Below the pieces are notes generated by a model, which saw only the letters and a program-made list of their open reading frames with translations, was not told the DNA's origin and ran no database searches. A program made the translations under genes and the position numbers. Below, piece by piece: positions 50,408 through 62,240 of a stretch of 64,000 nucleotides of DNA (its first letter is position 1; every line of letters starts with the position of its first letter). This stretch comes from Isurus oxyrinchus (lineage: Eukaryota): positions 187,488,001-187,552,000 of the forward strand of contig JANJGN010000005.1 of assembly GCA_026770705.1 (NCBI GenBank), given 5' to 3'.

Positions 50408-51690
50408 AGGAACATAGAAACTAGGAGCAGGAGTAGGCCATTCAGCCTTTCGAGCCTGCTCCACCATTCAATATGATCATGGCTGATGCTCTATCTTAAC
50501 ACCATATTCTCGCTTTCTCTCCTTACTCTTTGATGCCCCAATATTCAAAAATTTATCAATTTCTTTCTTGAATACACTCAGTGACCCGGCCTCCACAGCC
50601 TTCTGTGGTAGAGAATTCCACAGGTTGACCACCCTCTGAGTGAAGAAATTTTTCCTCATCTCAGTCCTAAATGGCCTGCTCCATATCCTGAGATTGTGGC
50701 CCCTGGTTCTAGACTCCCAACCAGGGCAAACACCCTCCCTGCATGTAGCCTGTCTAGCCCTGTTAGAATTTTATACATTTCAATTAGACCTCCTCTCATT
50801 CTTCTAAACTCTAGTGAATACAGGCCCAGTCGAACCAATCTCTCCTTATTCGACAGTCCTGCCATACCCAGTATCAGCCTAGTGAACCTTTGCTGCACTC
50901 CCTCTATGGCAAGTGTATCCTTTCTTAGGTAGGGATACCAAAACTACACACAATACTCCAGGTGTGGTCTCACCAAGGCCCTGTATAACTGCAGTAAGAC
51001 ATCCCTACTTCTGAACTCAAATCCTCTTGCAATGAAGGCCAACATACCATTTACCTTCCTAATTGATCACTGCACCTGCCTGTTTACTTCCATTGACTGG
51101 TGTACAAGGACACCCAGATGCCTTTGTACATCCACATTTCCCAATGTATCACCATTTAAATAATACTCTGCCTTTCTGTTTTTCACACTGAAGTGTATAA
51201 CTTCACATTTATCCACATTATACTGCATCGGCTGTGTGTTTGCCCACACACACAACTTCTCTAAATCACCCTGAAGCCTCCTTGCATCCTCCTCACAACC
51301 CCGCCCAGTTTTGTGTCACCAGCAAACTTGGAAATATTGCATTTGGTTCCCTCATCCAAGTCATTTATATATATTGTGAAAAGCTGGGGCCCAAGCACTG
51401 ATCCCTGTGGTACACCACTAGTCACCACCTGGCATCTGGAAAAAGACCCATTTATTCCCATTCTCTGTTTCCGGTCTGTCAACTAATTCTCAATCCATAC
51501 CAATATATTACCCCCAATCCCACGTGCTTTAATTTCACCCACTAGCCTCATATGTGGGACCTTTTCAAAAGCCTTCTTGAAATCCAAATACACCACATCC
51601 ACTGGTTCTCCCTTATCTATTCTACTAGTTACACCCTCAAAAAACTCCAGTAGATTAGTTAAGCATGATTTCCCTTTCATAAACCTGTGC
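50408..51690 (-). mobile_element. CR1 LINE, reverse transcriptase to 3' end, with stops and frameshifts
   Basis: [76 protein letters not shown]. Confidence 0.95.
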
Positions 51691-52409
51691 TGACTTTATC
51701 TAATCCCAACCAGTTGATAATGATCTTTATCCTCCTCTTGAGCAATAATTCACTCAGTCCATGCCCTTCCGTTATTCACCTATCTAACTTCTTCAGTGTT
51801 GACGTAGTCCTACAACAATGCGTAAAAAAAATTCCTCTTGTTCTCTGCCCTAAACCTTTGCCATCTAATTTTGCATTGATGCCCCCTTGTCAAACTCTCA
51901 ATCACTTTAAAAAATTGTTTATATCCATTCACCCCATTCCTTCTTAATTTTAAATCTTCCATCAAATCACCCTTAATCTCCTCTGTTGTGATTTAAACCG
52001 GCCCAGTTTTCCAAGTTTTTATCTGCATTTGATCCAAATTCAGCTGATGTCATTACCAGGAGACCTTACTTTCAATCCATCAAATGTACGAGTGTGATTT
52101 TGGGCAGATATGACCAGAGAAGAAAAGCGATCAGATGTTCACCATCTTTATATTGCCCACCTGTTTCCAGCACACAACGCACTGGGTACCTGAAATAGGT
52201 GGAAGCTTCATCCAAATATTAGAATGTTGGTTGGAACACATCGGAGGGGGTAACAACGTGGGCTTGGAACAAAAATGAGACCCATTGGCACCTAAGTACC
52301 AAGACATGGGACCAAACCTTCTGATCAGTATCAAACCATTGTGTCCAATGCTGGTTAGCTAGAAAACCATGCACTTACCTGGTTACATTTAAAAGGCTCT
52401 GAGCTTTTT

Positions 52410-52775
52410 CTTTAATCATTTGTGGATGTGGGTGTCACTGGCTTGGCCGGCATTTATTGCCTATCCCTAATTGCCCGTGTTCAGAGGGCATTTACTTGTC
52501 AACCACATGGCTGTGGTCCTGGTGTCACATGCTGGCCAGATCAGGTAAGGACATCAGATTTCCTTCCCTAGAGGGCATTAGTGAACCAGATGGGGTTTTA
52601 TAACAATTGGCAATAGTTTCATGGTCATCTTCAGACCTTCTAATTGCAAATCTTTTTTTCAATTGGGTTCAAATTTCACTATCTGCTATGGCAGGAATTG
52701 AACCTGGGTCCCCAGAGAATTAAACTGGGTCTTGGAATGCCAGTCCAGTGATAATACCACTATGCTACCACCACC
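52410..52775 (-). mobile_element. Second tRNA-SINE family copy
   Basis: Same motifs, with head GGAATTGAACCTGGG..ACCACTATGCTACC. Confidence 0.78.
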
Positions 52776-53580
52776 CCCAAATTCCAATGCAGCATCCTGA
52801 AGGAGTTGCTCAGTGTAGGAATCCACACAGAGATCTGCGAATAGGATCAGCACAGAAGACATGCCCCCTCTTTACAGCACGAGCTGCCATTCAGTAAGCT
52901 TAAAGGTCCAGTCTGAATATCAGTGAATGGGTGAGTGGATGCGGTGGGTTGGGGTGGGTGGGGTGGGTGAGGTGGATGGGTGCGTAAGTGGGTAGGATGA
53001 GTAAGTGGGTAGGCGGTGAGGTGGGTAAGTGGGTAAGGGGGTGTTTGGGTCGGGGTGTAGTCGGGCTGGGTCGAAGAGGTAGTCAGGTGGCCAGGGAGGG
53101 TAGTTGGGGTGGGTCAGTGTGTCAACGGTGGTGGGGGCGGGTCAAATGATGTAGTTAGGGGATCGAGAGGGGAGTTGGGGGGGGTGATTGGGAGGGTCAG
53201 TTGTGTAGGTACCCAGATGTCACAGTAGGTTTTAATCAGTCTAACATTTCCTGGGTAGCTATTCAGGTAAGTACTGTGGAACTGTCCCAAGGGGAGAATT
53301 TTCCCCATGTTGGGTGGGCCATGCAGTAGTGGGCATTGACCCAATCACCGCCATGTGATTGGGTCCGTGCCGCCATTTTAAGTGGGCGGGCCAATTAAGG
53401 CCTGCCCAGCGTCGTTCACGACTCCCATGGATAGCGGGAGTGGGCAGGCGGCGCTGGGCATGCTCAGACCACCAGGTCCAGTAGCGACCCAGTGGCCTGT
53501 TTAAAGGAAGGCCTGACAGCCTTTGCAAGGCTGCTCACAATGGCCGGGAGAAGAGCACAACAAAGGGGCAATGTGACTGA

Positions 53581-54020
53581 AGCACGTCCGGAGGGTAGGG
53601 CATCGGGACAGGCCAGACCGGAGGGTAGGGCATCGGGGCAGGCCAGACCGGAGGGTAGGGCATCGGGGCAGGCCAGGCTGGAGGGTAGGGCATCGGGGCA
53701 GGCCAGGCTGGAGGGTAGGGCATCGGGGCAGGCCAGGCTGGAGGTTAGGCTAGCGGGGCAGGCCAGGCTGGAGGGTAGGGCATCGGGGCAGGCCAGGCTG
53801 GAGGGTAGGGCATTGGGCCAGGCCAGACCGGAGGGTAGGGCATCGGGGCAGGCCAGGCCGGAGGGTAGGGCAATGGGGCAGGCCAGACCGGAGGGTAGGG
53901 CATTGGGGCAGGCCAGACCGGAGGGTAGGGCATCGGGGCAGGCCAGACCGGAGGGTAGGCTATCGGGGCAGGCCAGGCCGGAGGGTGGGCCATCGGGGCA
54001 GGCCAGGCCGCAGGGTAGGC
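53581..54020 (+). repeat. 30-bp coding minisatellite, ~14.5 units
   Basis: Unit GGCCAGACCGGAGGGTAGGGCATCGGGGCA, encoding (ARPEGRASGQ)n in frame with the Myb-like ATG. Confidence 0.97.
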
Positions 54021-54359
54021 CAGGGGACAGTGTACTGTACGTTTCTCCGACGAGTGCCTAGCTGCCCTCCTAGAGGAGGTGGCAGCGCGGCGGGAGGTCC
54101 TTCTTCCGAGGGACGGGAGGCAGAGTCCTGTCCACCTGACCAAACGTGTGCGGGAGGAGGTGGCTGAGAGTGTGAGCTCCCACGATGTGGTGCGGCGCAC
54201 ATGGCTGCAGTGCCACAAAAGGTTCAACGATCTCCTGCGCTCAGGAAGGGTGAGTACCAAATTGCCTCAAGTCACTTAATGCAGCCGTCACCCTTTCACC
54301 CCAACCCACCCCTCCCTGCCCTCGGCAACTCTGAGTATAGTAATGTCATTGAATCCCTC

Positions 54360-54909
54360 AGGGCATTGTGAGCAATTCTGGGCCCCGTATCTCAGGAAGG
54401 ATGTGCTGGCCCTGGAGAGGGTCCAGAGGAGGTTCACGAGAACGATCCCAGGAATGAAAGGCTTAACATATGAGGAACGTTTGAGGACTCTGGGTCTATA
54501 CTCGATGGAGTTTAGAAGGATGAGGGGGGATCTGATTGAAACTTACAGAATACTGAAAGGCCTGGATAGAGTGCACGTGGGGAAGATGTTTCCATTAGTA
54601 GGAGAGACTAGGACCCGAGGGCACAGCCTCAGAGTAAAGGAAAGACCTTTTAGAACAGAGATGAGGAGAAACTTCTTTAGCCAGAGAGTGGTGAATCTAT
54701 GGAATTCATTGCCACAGAAGGCTGTGGAGGTCATTAAGTGTATTTAAGACCGAGATAGATAGATACTTGATTGGTAAGGAGATCAAAGGTTACAGGGAGG
54801 AGGCGGGAGAATGGGGTTGAGAAACTTATCAGCCATGATTGAATGGCGGAGCAGACTCGAAGGGCCGAATGGCCTAATTTCTGCTCCTATGTCTTATGGT
54901 CTTATGGCA
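54360..54909 (+). mobile_element. Young 5'-truncated CR1 LINE inside Harbinger intron 1
   Basis: Open ORF2 C-terminus (QFWAPYLRKDVLALERVQRRFTR...FFSQRVVNLWNSLP), 3' tail TCTTATGG repeats, TGAATCCCTC duplicated at 54350-54359 and 54910-54919. Confidence 0.93.
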
Positions 54910-55195
54910 TGAATCCCTCGCTGGGTGTGCCAGCAGAGATTGCCCATGCCCAGTTCACCCTGAGAGGGTTGAGCTAGGATGTGTTCTGCACCCGCAGCAT
55001 GTGTGACACTGACACCCAGAGTATAGAACGGGGCTGAAAGTCAAGAGTCTGCACCTAGGCAGAGTACTGGAACTGCGAAGCATGTCGGAGTCAGGGTGCT
55101 AACATGCTGGGAGGGGAGCGTACAGTTGGTGGGGCACCAGTCCATCTGCTGGTCTTTGCGCTCCACATGCTTGTACCTCCTTGCTTAGCAAAGTT

Positions 55196-55590
55196 TCACT
55201 CCTGAAGCTCCAGAGCAAATCCACTCACCAGCGTCACACCGTCTCAGCCAGGCAGGCACCAGCGCAAATACTAGCACCTCGGTGGGAATTAGATATTCGG
55301 CTAGTGTCCCAGTGAGGGCACTTCACACTCGCTTGAGGTGTGGGCAGAGACAGAGAGTGCCCAGGGCGCTGGCAGTCAGAGAACCGCTGGGGACCAGGTA
55401 CGTGCTCAGTCAGTGGCTGATGATGTGCCCCTGGAGTCACCCATGAGCCAGTGAACGCGGGAAATGCAGCAGGGTGTGTGGGATGATCTGGTGGAAATAC
55501 ATGAGGATTTGCGTGGCATGGTGCCCATGCTTGAGGAGTCCACGTGGAGCTTCACCAATACAATGAGCCTCATGGCTGAGCGCCATGCTT
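55196..55590 (+). repeat. Diverged duplicate of part of Myb-like exon 3 (56211-56615), located in intron 1
   Basis: Colinear match, e.g. CAGAGCAAATCCACTCACCAG and GCGTGGCATGGTGCCCATGCTTGAGGAGTCCAC occur in both. Confidence 0.9.
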
Positions 55591-57450
55591 TCTCCTTGTG
55601 GTGCCACATGTGAAGGAGGCAGCATTTGGGCAATAGGGGGTGGGTCGGCAATGGGGTGTGAGTCAGCCCTGGCTTGTTTGGGTGAGTGTGCGACAGCTGC
55701 GGGGTGACGAAGAGCTGGAGTCCTGCAATGTCCCACCCCGGCTGGGTTGGCAGGGATGCGATGGGAATTCAGGGGCAGGCTGGACTAATCAATGCTCCTC
55801 TCTCCTTTTCAGGAAAAGACTGCGCACAATGCATGGGAACGAATGCAGACTGGCGGAGGCCAGGCCCAGTTGGCCATCCTAATGGCTTTCGAGCAGCAGG
55901 TCATGGACCGTGAGAGGCTCCATTCCCCTCGGTCCATTGGTGGCGGTGAGGCTGGGGTGCCACGGGGAGGTATGTTTGGTGAGCACTCAGGTCACCATGT
56001 GTGTCCCAAAAGCCCTGGCACTGCTGGATGGTCTGGGATTGAAGTTAGCAACATGGGTTTACCCTTGATTATGGAAGGATGAGCGCATAATGATCTGGGG
56101 GAGCAGCATGCACATTGACATTGTTCACACTGTAACTAATCAAATGTCCTTTTTCTTCCTTTCAGCATCACCGGAGCAGGGCTGGGAGGAGGAGGCAGAG
56201 GGCCCACCTCTCACCCCTGAGGGCCCAGAGCAAATCCACTCACCAGTGTCACACCATCTCAGCCAGGCAGGCACCAGCGCAGATACTAACATCTCAGTGG
56301 GAATTAGATCTTTGGCTAGTGTCCCGGGGCATGGTGGTGAGGGCACTTCACACTCGCCTGAGGCATGGGCAGAGACAGAGAGTGCCCATGGCGCTGGCAG
56401 TCAGAGGACTGCTAAGGACCAGGCACATGCTCGGTCGGTGGTTGATGATGTGCCCCTGGAGTTGTCCATGAGGCAGCGAACGCTGGAAGAGCGGCAGGAT
56501 ATGTAGGGCAATCTGGAGGAGATACATGAGGCTATGCGTGGCATGGTGCCCATGCTTGAGGAGTCCACACAGAGCATCACCCACATAATGAGCCTCATGG
56601 CTGAGCACCATGCTTCTTCCATGGAGAGAGTGGTGAATCTTGTAGAGAGGCTTCTCCAGGAGACCAATCAAGGCCTCCTGGGGTTGCACTCGGACCTGCA
56701 AGCCCTCACAGCAGCATTGACCTCAGCTGGTCAGTGCCAGTGTGGGAGATGGTGTGGGCACCAAGTATCCCAGCTCAGTGCCCATCCATCCACGGTGAGC
56801 AGGGAGGTCCGAAGCAACCTCATGTCAGCGCAGCAGCTGCCTGTCGTCTCTGCGGGCACCTCTCAGGGCGCTCAGGATGAGGGCAGAGGCTCCTCCGCCC
56901 CTCTGCCAGTGACCATGGCACCTGATGAGGCTGCGGCGACTGGGGAGATGCCAGCTGTGCAAGTGGCAGCTCCCTCCCAGGCAGGGCCATCAAATGCTGC
57001 ACAGGCCAGAGCACGTCTGCCAAGGTCATCGAGACCAACAGGACAGCACAGTGAGCAGGCTGTCTCAGATACCAGGGCCAGCGAGGGGTCAACACCAAGA
57101 CATAGTACCTGTAAGCGTAAATTTAAGGCACCTTAGACACACCACGGGTTTCTCACTGGTGCTTTTATGTTTGCCCATAGTAGTTTCTGGAAGACTTGGT
57201 GTGATGTCCAACACCATTTTTTCTATGCTTTATGAAGTTACATTTGTTCACTCAATAAATGTTGACATGTTGCCATGCCTCAGGGTGATTCCTTACTTCT
57301 GCAAGTAGACGGGAGCCCATGATGTTTTGAGTGAGTTGTCTGACATTGAGCATTATTGACAAGGGCCTTAGTTAATGTTATTATCCAGGCTGATTTAGCA
57401 CTCAGGTATCGAGTGTGGAGCCTGCAGCCCAGGCTTGACCTAAAGGTGTG

Positions 57451-57856
57451 CTAGCTGATGGTTCTTTGGATTAAAGCCTCCTGGGTGCCCCTGCCTCCCT
57501 GGAGTGTGCCCGGGTCAGCGTCTACCCCCTCAGCATTTCCCTGTGCGTGCTCATCCTAGGACTCACTGCTGGACTCATCATGTGCATCCTCATCGCTCCT
57601 TTCCAGCACCAGATTGTGGAGAGTGCAGCATGCAACCACTATCTGCAACACACAACCTGGGGGGTACTGGAGTGAGCCCCCTGAGTGGTCCAGGCATCGA
57701 AAGCGCATCTTGAGAAGACCGATGGTTCTCTCCACCACAGCCCTTGTGGTGCCGTGGCTCCTATTGTACCGCTGCTCAGCCTCTGTTCTTGGATGGCAGA
57801 GAGGCGTCATGAGCCACCTTCTGAGGGGATAGCCCTTGTCACCCAGCAGCCATCCA
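57451..57856 (-). pseudogene. HARBI1-like transposase C-terminal fragment
   Basis: [18 protein letters not shown]...[27 protein letters not shown]...CCTLHN in ORF 57556..57879. Confidence 0.92.
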
Positions 57857-58944
57857 CGGTGGGCAAAAATAATATGCACATCATTGCCTGTGCCTGCAAG
57901 GCATCACTTGATCATTATATCCATGTAAATTGGACAATAAGGATTTCGAGGTGGTGGAAGTTTGTCTAAAAGGCGCAGTAAGATTAAGATGCTTCCATCA
58001 TTTTGTTCATATTATTGCCTTAAGTATCGTAACATAAACATGTCATTTTACATACATGTAGCGTAAAGGTCGGGTGAATGGCATAAATGTTATATGTTTG
58101 CAGTCTAAAGTTGTGCATCATCACAATGCCTGATTATCACCACTGCATTCATGTAGAGGTCTGTTATTTCTAAGAGCGGAAATACTGGTGGACAGTGTTT
58201 AATATTTAGATTATGCAAGTTTAGGAATCTCTCCTTCGAAAGAGTCGAACTTCTGTGTTGGAAAGGTTGAATATTTTCACTTATATTACATCTGAATGCT
58301 CACCCCCTCCAGGGTCTGGACTGAGACAGTCTAAAAACAAACCTTCCTAGTTCAAGGACAAATTTCACATGTGTGTGAATCTTCAAGGCATCATTTGCAT
58401 CAATAAAATATTAAAATAAGCAAGTCTGGTGTTCTAAATACATTAAATAATATAATGAGACATTGCATAAGGCATAATATTGATGTGATGTATTGTAAAA
58501 CACACCACGATTTCATACCTCACGTTCCTGTACTTTGTTCAGAGAAGGCTAGCAGACACCTTAATCTTTTACTCAGTGGCAATGAATTCCTGCCTCTAAG
58601 TAAAAAGCCCCAAATTCTGTATGTCCTTGCGGAGCTTGACTAGGATTACTGTTACAGCTGAGATTTTACCCAGCCACACTGTTTTAAGTTATTTTATTAC
58701 AGTGGGTACGGTAGATCAAGGAAGATGCATTCATAACATGGCCTGACGGGTTGGGTATCAACTTGTAGATCCTCCCACCACACGCCAACAGCAGGCAGTA
58801 AGAGCGGGAGAGATTCCTGGTCAGCTGTGTGATGGAAAGAAAGCTGGAGCATCCACCAGCATCATTCAAAGTCCTGGACTATAACATGATTGTAAAGGCG
58901 AATGTTGACACAGCAATTCAGACTACCCTCGTCCCCCTGCCCCA

Positions 58945-59120
58945 GGGATCCGGTTGGCTCAGTTGGCTGCGCTGCCAGTGTGGATCAGATTGGTGCCAAC
59001 AGTACGGGGTTCGGTCCCCGTGTTGGCTGGGGTGGGTTCAGGACTTGGCTCCTTGCGCCACCCGCAGTGGAGATCGTGGTGCTGTGGTTCAGACCAGCCT
59101 TCAGGCAGAGAAGAAGAAGT
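58945..59120 (+). mobile_element. Short tRNA-derived SINE-like element (third type)
   Basis: A box TGGCTCAGTTGG (58955-58966), B box GGTTCGGTCC (59008-59017), (GAA)n tail at ~59108-59119. Confidence 0.5.
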
Positions 59121-59139
59121 ATGGTAGGTAGTGATTATG

Positions 59140-59495
59140 TTAGTGGGCAAGCAACCCCAGAGGCCTGGACTAATGATGCAGAGTTCTTGAGTTCACCACA
59201 ACAACTGGGGAATTTAAATTCAATGAACTAAGTCTGGAATTAAAAGCTAGTATCAGTAATGGACAATGAAATGACTTGATTGTTGCAAAAAAAAACACAC
59301 TCGGAGAACAATGTTCTTTACCTGGTCTGGCCTACATGTGACTCCAGACCCCCCCCAGCAACGTGGTTGACCCCTGACTGCCCTCTGAACTAGTCTATCA
59401 AGTCACTCAGTTGTATTGAAGAAGGCGGCTCAAGGGCAATTAGGGATGGGCAATTAAAGCTGGCTTTGCCACATGCTGTGAATGGATTAAAAAAA
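59140..59495 (+). mobile_element. Second tRNA-SINE family copy
   Basis: ACCTGGTCTGGCCTACATGTGACTCCAGACCC..AAGGGCAATTAGGGATGGGCAA. Confidence 0.75.
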
Positions 59496-59784
59496 AAACA
59501 GAATGCAACATATAATTTAACCCAATTGCAGATATTCAAAGGTGTTTATCACAAGCCAGATTGTGATGCACCTGATGGAACATTCAATGCATCCAAACAG
59601 AAAAAAATATTGATGAACTTATGGTACTCACCTCTTCCTTTTACAGGAAATTTCCAAATGCTTTGCAAATGCACCGGTTGTCAGTCAGGGATTGTAATGT
59701 TGCACAGCCAGGCTGGACTGTGCAAGTATAGAATTTATGTTTGCCACATGAAGCTTATACCACAGGTAAACAAAATAACATTAG

Positions 59785-60955
59785 TCCGAAAGCAGAATGC
59801 ACTGCAGATGCTGGAAATGTGAAATGAAAGCAGAAAATGCTGGAAATACTCAGCAGGCCATGCAGCACCAGCGGAGAAAAACAGAGTTAACATTTCCGTC
59901 TGACGAACTTTCGTCAGAATTGGAAAAAGAAAAATGAAGAAACGTTGGAGGTTTTGCGCAAGTACAGAGGCAGGGAAAGGTAGGAGGAGGTAAAGAACGT
60001 GAGTGAAGGTCTGTGATGGGGTGGAGGGCAGGAGAGATTAAATGACCAAAGGGAGGACGGTGCAAGGCAAAAAGAGATGGAAATGGGACAAGTAAAGAAA
60101 CAAAAGATGGGTCTAAAGGGGGTGTAAATGGGAAAGGCAGAATCATCAGCAGCTGTTGTCTAAAATATTTTCTTTAAAAACACACAAAAAGTAATGTGGG
60201 CAAAGGTTATGATCTGAAATTGTTGAGTCTGAAAGGCTGTAATGTACCTAATCAAAAGATGAGGTTCTGTTCTTGAGTTTATGTTAGAGCTTCAGGGGAA
60301 CAGTATTGGAGACTGAGAACAGAGAGGTCAGAGTGGGAGTGAAGCAGAGAATTAAAATGACAGGCGACTGGAAGTACAGAGATAAAAACAAAAAACTGCG
60401 GATGCTGGAAATCCAAAACAAAAACAGAATTACCTGGAAAAACTCAGCAGGTCTGGCAGCATCGGCGGAGAAGAAAAGAGTTGACGTTTTGAGTCCTCAT
60501 GACCCTTCGACAGAAGGGTCATGAGGACTCAAAACGACAACTCTTTTCTTCTCCGCCAATGCTGCCAGACCTGCTGAGTTTTTCCAGGTAATTCTGCTTT
60601 TGGACTGGAAGTACGGTGTCTCACTTGCGGACTGAATTAAGAGCCAAGTGATCACTCAAGCTGCTTTTGGTCTCCTTGATGTAGAGTAGACTGCATTGTG
60701 AAGGGTGTGATACTAAATTGAAAGAAATGGAAGTGAATCATTGTTTCACCTGGGAGGAGTGTTTGGGACCTTAGAGAGTGAAAAGGGAGGAGCTAAAAGG
60801 GTGGGTGTTACCTCCTCTGTGTTTGCATGGGAAGAGGGGGAGGGATTAGGTTGCAGCATAAAATCTACCCCCTCCCTCACCTCTCTTTCAGCACGCCAAA
60901 CGGACTGCTCCCTTCGCAACACTCTGGTCCACTCCTCAATTACTCCCAACAGCCC
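59785..60955 (-). mobile_element. Old Penelope-like retroelement fragment (GIY-YIG endonuclease remnant and 3' repeat)
   Basis: Minus-strand remnants GPKHSSQVKQ*FTS..NLV..QCSLLYIKETK and EQNLIF*LGTLQPFRLN; an inverted piece PSLTSLSARQTDCSLRNTLVHSS on + at ~60865-60945; terminal repeat with CTGACGA...GAAA at 59885-59920. Confidence 0.75.
60378..60602. mobile_element. Fold-back Penelope-type insertion with 84-bp inverted arms
   Basis: Arms 60425-60508 and 60513-60596 (two mismatches seen), loop GACA; GACTGGAAGTAC duplicated at 60366-60377 and 60603-60614. Confidence 0.9.
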
Positions 60956-61560
60956 GTCCCAGACCCAGGGTAAGGACAGCAGGCGTCCTTCCTTAAAGTA
61001 CGTTAGCGAACCAGTTGGGTTTAACAACAATCCGACGACAGCCTTCGGTTCCTTTTACTATTTTCAGGTTTGAAAAGACGGAGTTCAAATCCCCAAACTG
61101 CCCATGGTGGGATTTGAACTCATGTTCTGCTAGATTATTAATCCAGGCCTCTGGGTTAATGTCCACATACCCATGATGTGATGCAAGTGTTGGACTTTAT
61201 CTACATCACTGCTGCCTGTTGGTGAGCAGAGAGGGTGAAATATTCCCTCAGGGTAAACAGGGAGAATGACTGAATGTATCACATCAGAACTGCAGTGTAC
61301 TGATGTTAATGTTTCTGAATGTTATTGGATTCCTGCCTAATTTTGAGATTCATCTTTCAGGAGGTAATTATCGCTTTTCATTGAGTCAACCGCAGTATAA
61401 TGCATCTCTTGACAGTGACATGGATTTCTTAGATTCCTACAGCGCAGAAGGAGCTCACTTGACCCATCGTGTCCGTGCTGGCCCTTTGGAAGGGCTATTC
61501 AGTTAGTCCAACTGCCCCCTGCTCTTCCCCACGTGCCTGTAAAAATTTCTCCTTTCTCAA

Positions 61561-62240
61561 GGGCAGGATTTCCCCCCCCCCCAACCTTCGGCCGGGCGCA
61601 GCGGGGTGGACCCGGGATCGGCCGCCCAAGTGTCCCCCGCTGGCCATCAGTCCCCAGCCGCGATTTCACGCTGGTTGTCCAATTACCAGCCAGCCAACGG
61701 TGAAACGCGGGCTGATAACCTCAGCGCTGCCGGGGTGGGGAGGGGAAAGAGTGCGGGCGCTGAAGTTTGTGGAGGGGGGGGGGGCGGCGGTGGTGGGGGG
61801 GGGTTGGGGCTGGGGGTGCACTCAGTGGAAGCGCCCTCTCCCTGAAGGCACAGAGCTGCCTCGGAGAACTGAAGATTTCTAACGTGAGAAATAAAAACGA
61901 TTGAAAATAAGGAAAACTTCTCCCCACCTGTGACTCTGTCACATGAACAGGGACACGTGAAATACGAGGTTTAAAAGATTTTTATTGTTTTTTTTTTAGC
62001 CACCGTTTGAAACCTCATCCCGCCCGAGGGTGAGCTTTCCTTAAAAATGCAAAGGACGCCTGGCCTGTTCGCCCACCCGTCTGTCAACGCAGCGGCTGGA
62101 GGGGCAGCCAAAAATTCAGTTGAATGAATTGATTAAGGGCTTTAATAGCCCTCTCAGTTGTCGGCAGGCGGACTCCCGCCTCTTGCACTCACCCGCCGAT
62201 CGAAAGATCCAGAGAGTGCGCAATGAGGTCAGGACGCTGG
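61561..62240. mobile_element. Non-autonomous Harbinger-type element (left TIR and body), running into the satellite
   Basis: Starts GGGCAGGATTTCC, GC-rich with retained CpGs, interrupts a CR1 3' fragment. Its right part resembles the reverse complement of the 27811-27890 subterminal region. Confidence 0.7.

Larger units (their letters stand above)
53539..57136 (+). pseudogene. Harbinger Myb/SANT-like gene, 3 exons (53539-54249, 55813-55969, 56166-57136)
   Basis: RFSDECLAALLEEVAARREVL...EEVAESVS...RRTWLQCHKRFNDLLRSGR|gtgagt; ag|EKTAHNAWERMQTGGG; phase-1 junction into ASPEQG; ends KRKFKAP*. One frameshift near 54025, in-frame TAG at 56504-56506, AATAAA at 57254. Confidence 0.88.
53291..57860. 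mobile_element. Second Harbinger transposon, opposite orientation, truncated in the transposase
   Basis: Left TIR-like GGGGAGAATTTT at 53291, Myb/SANT gene on +, transposase C-terminal part on -. Similarity stops abruptly at ~57860 and no right TIR was found. Confidence 0.85.

Noticed and set aside
52080-53290. G/T-rich segment possibly belonging to another non-autonomous element
   Set aside because: No matching ends or TSD could be identified by eye.
53539-57136. Functional NAIF1/MSANTD-like host gene
   Set aside because: Frameshift near 54025 and TAG at 56504; embedded in a transposon.
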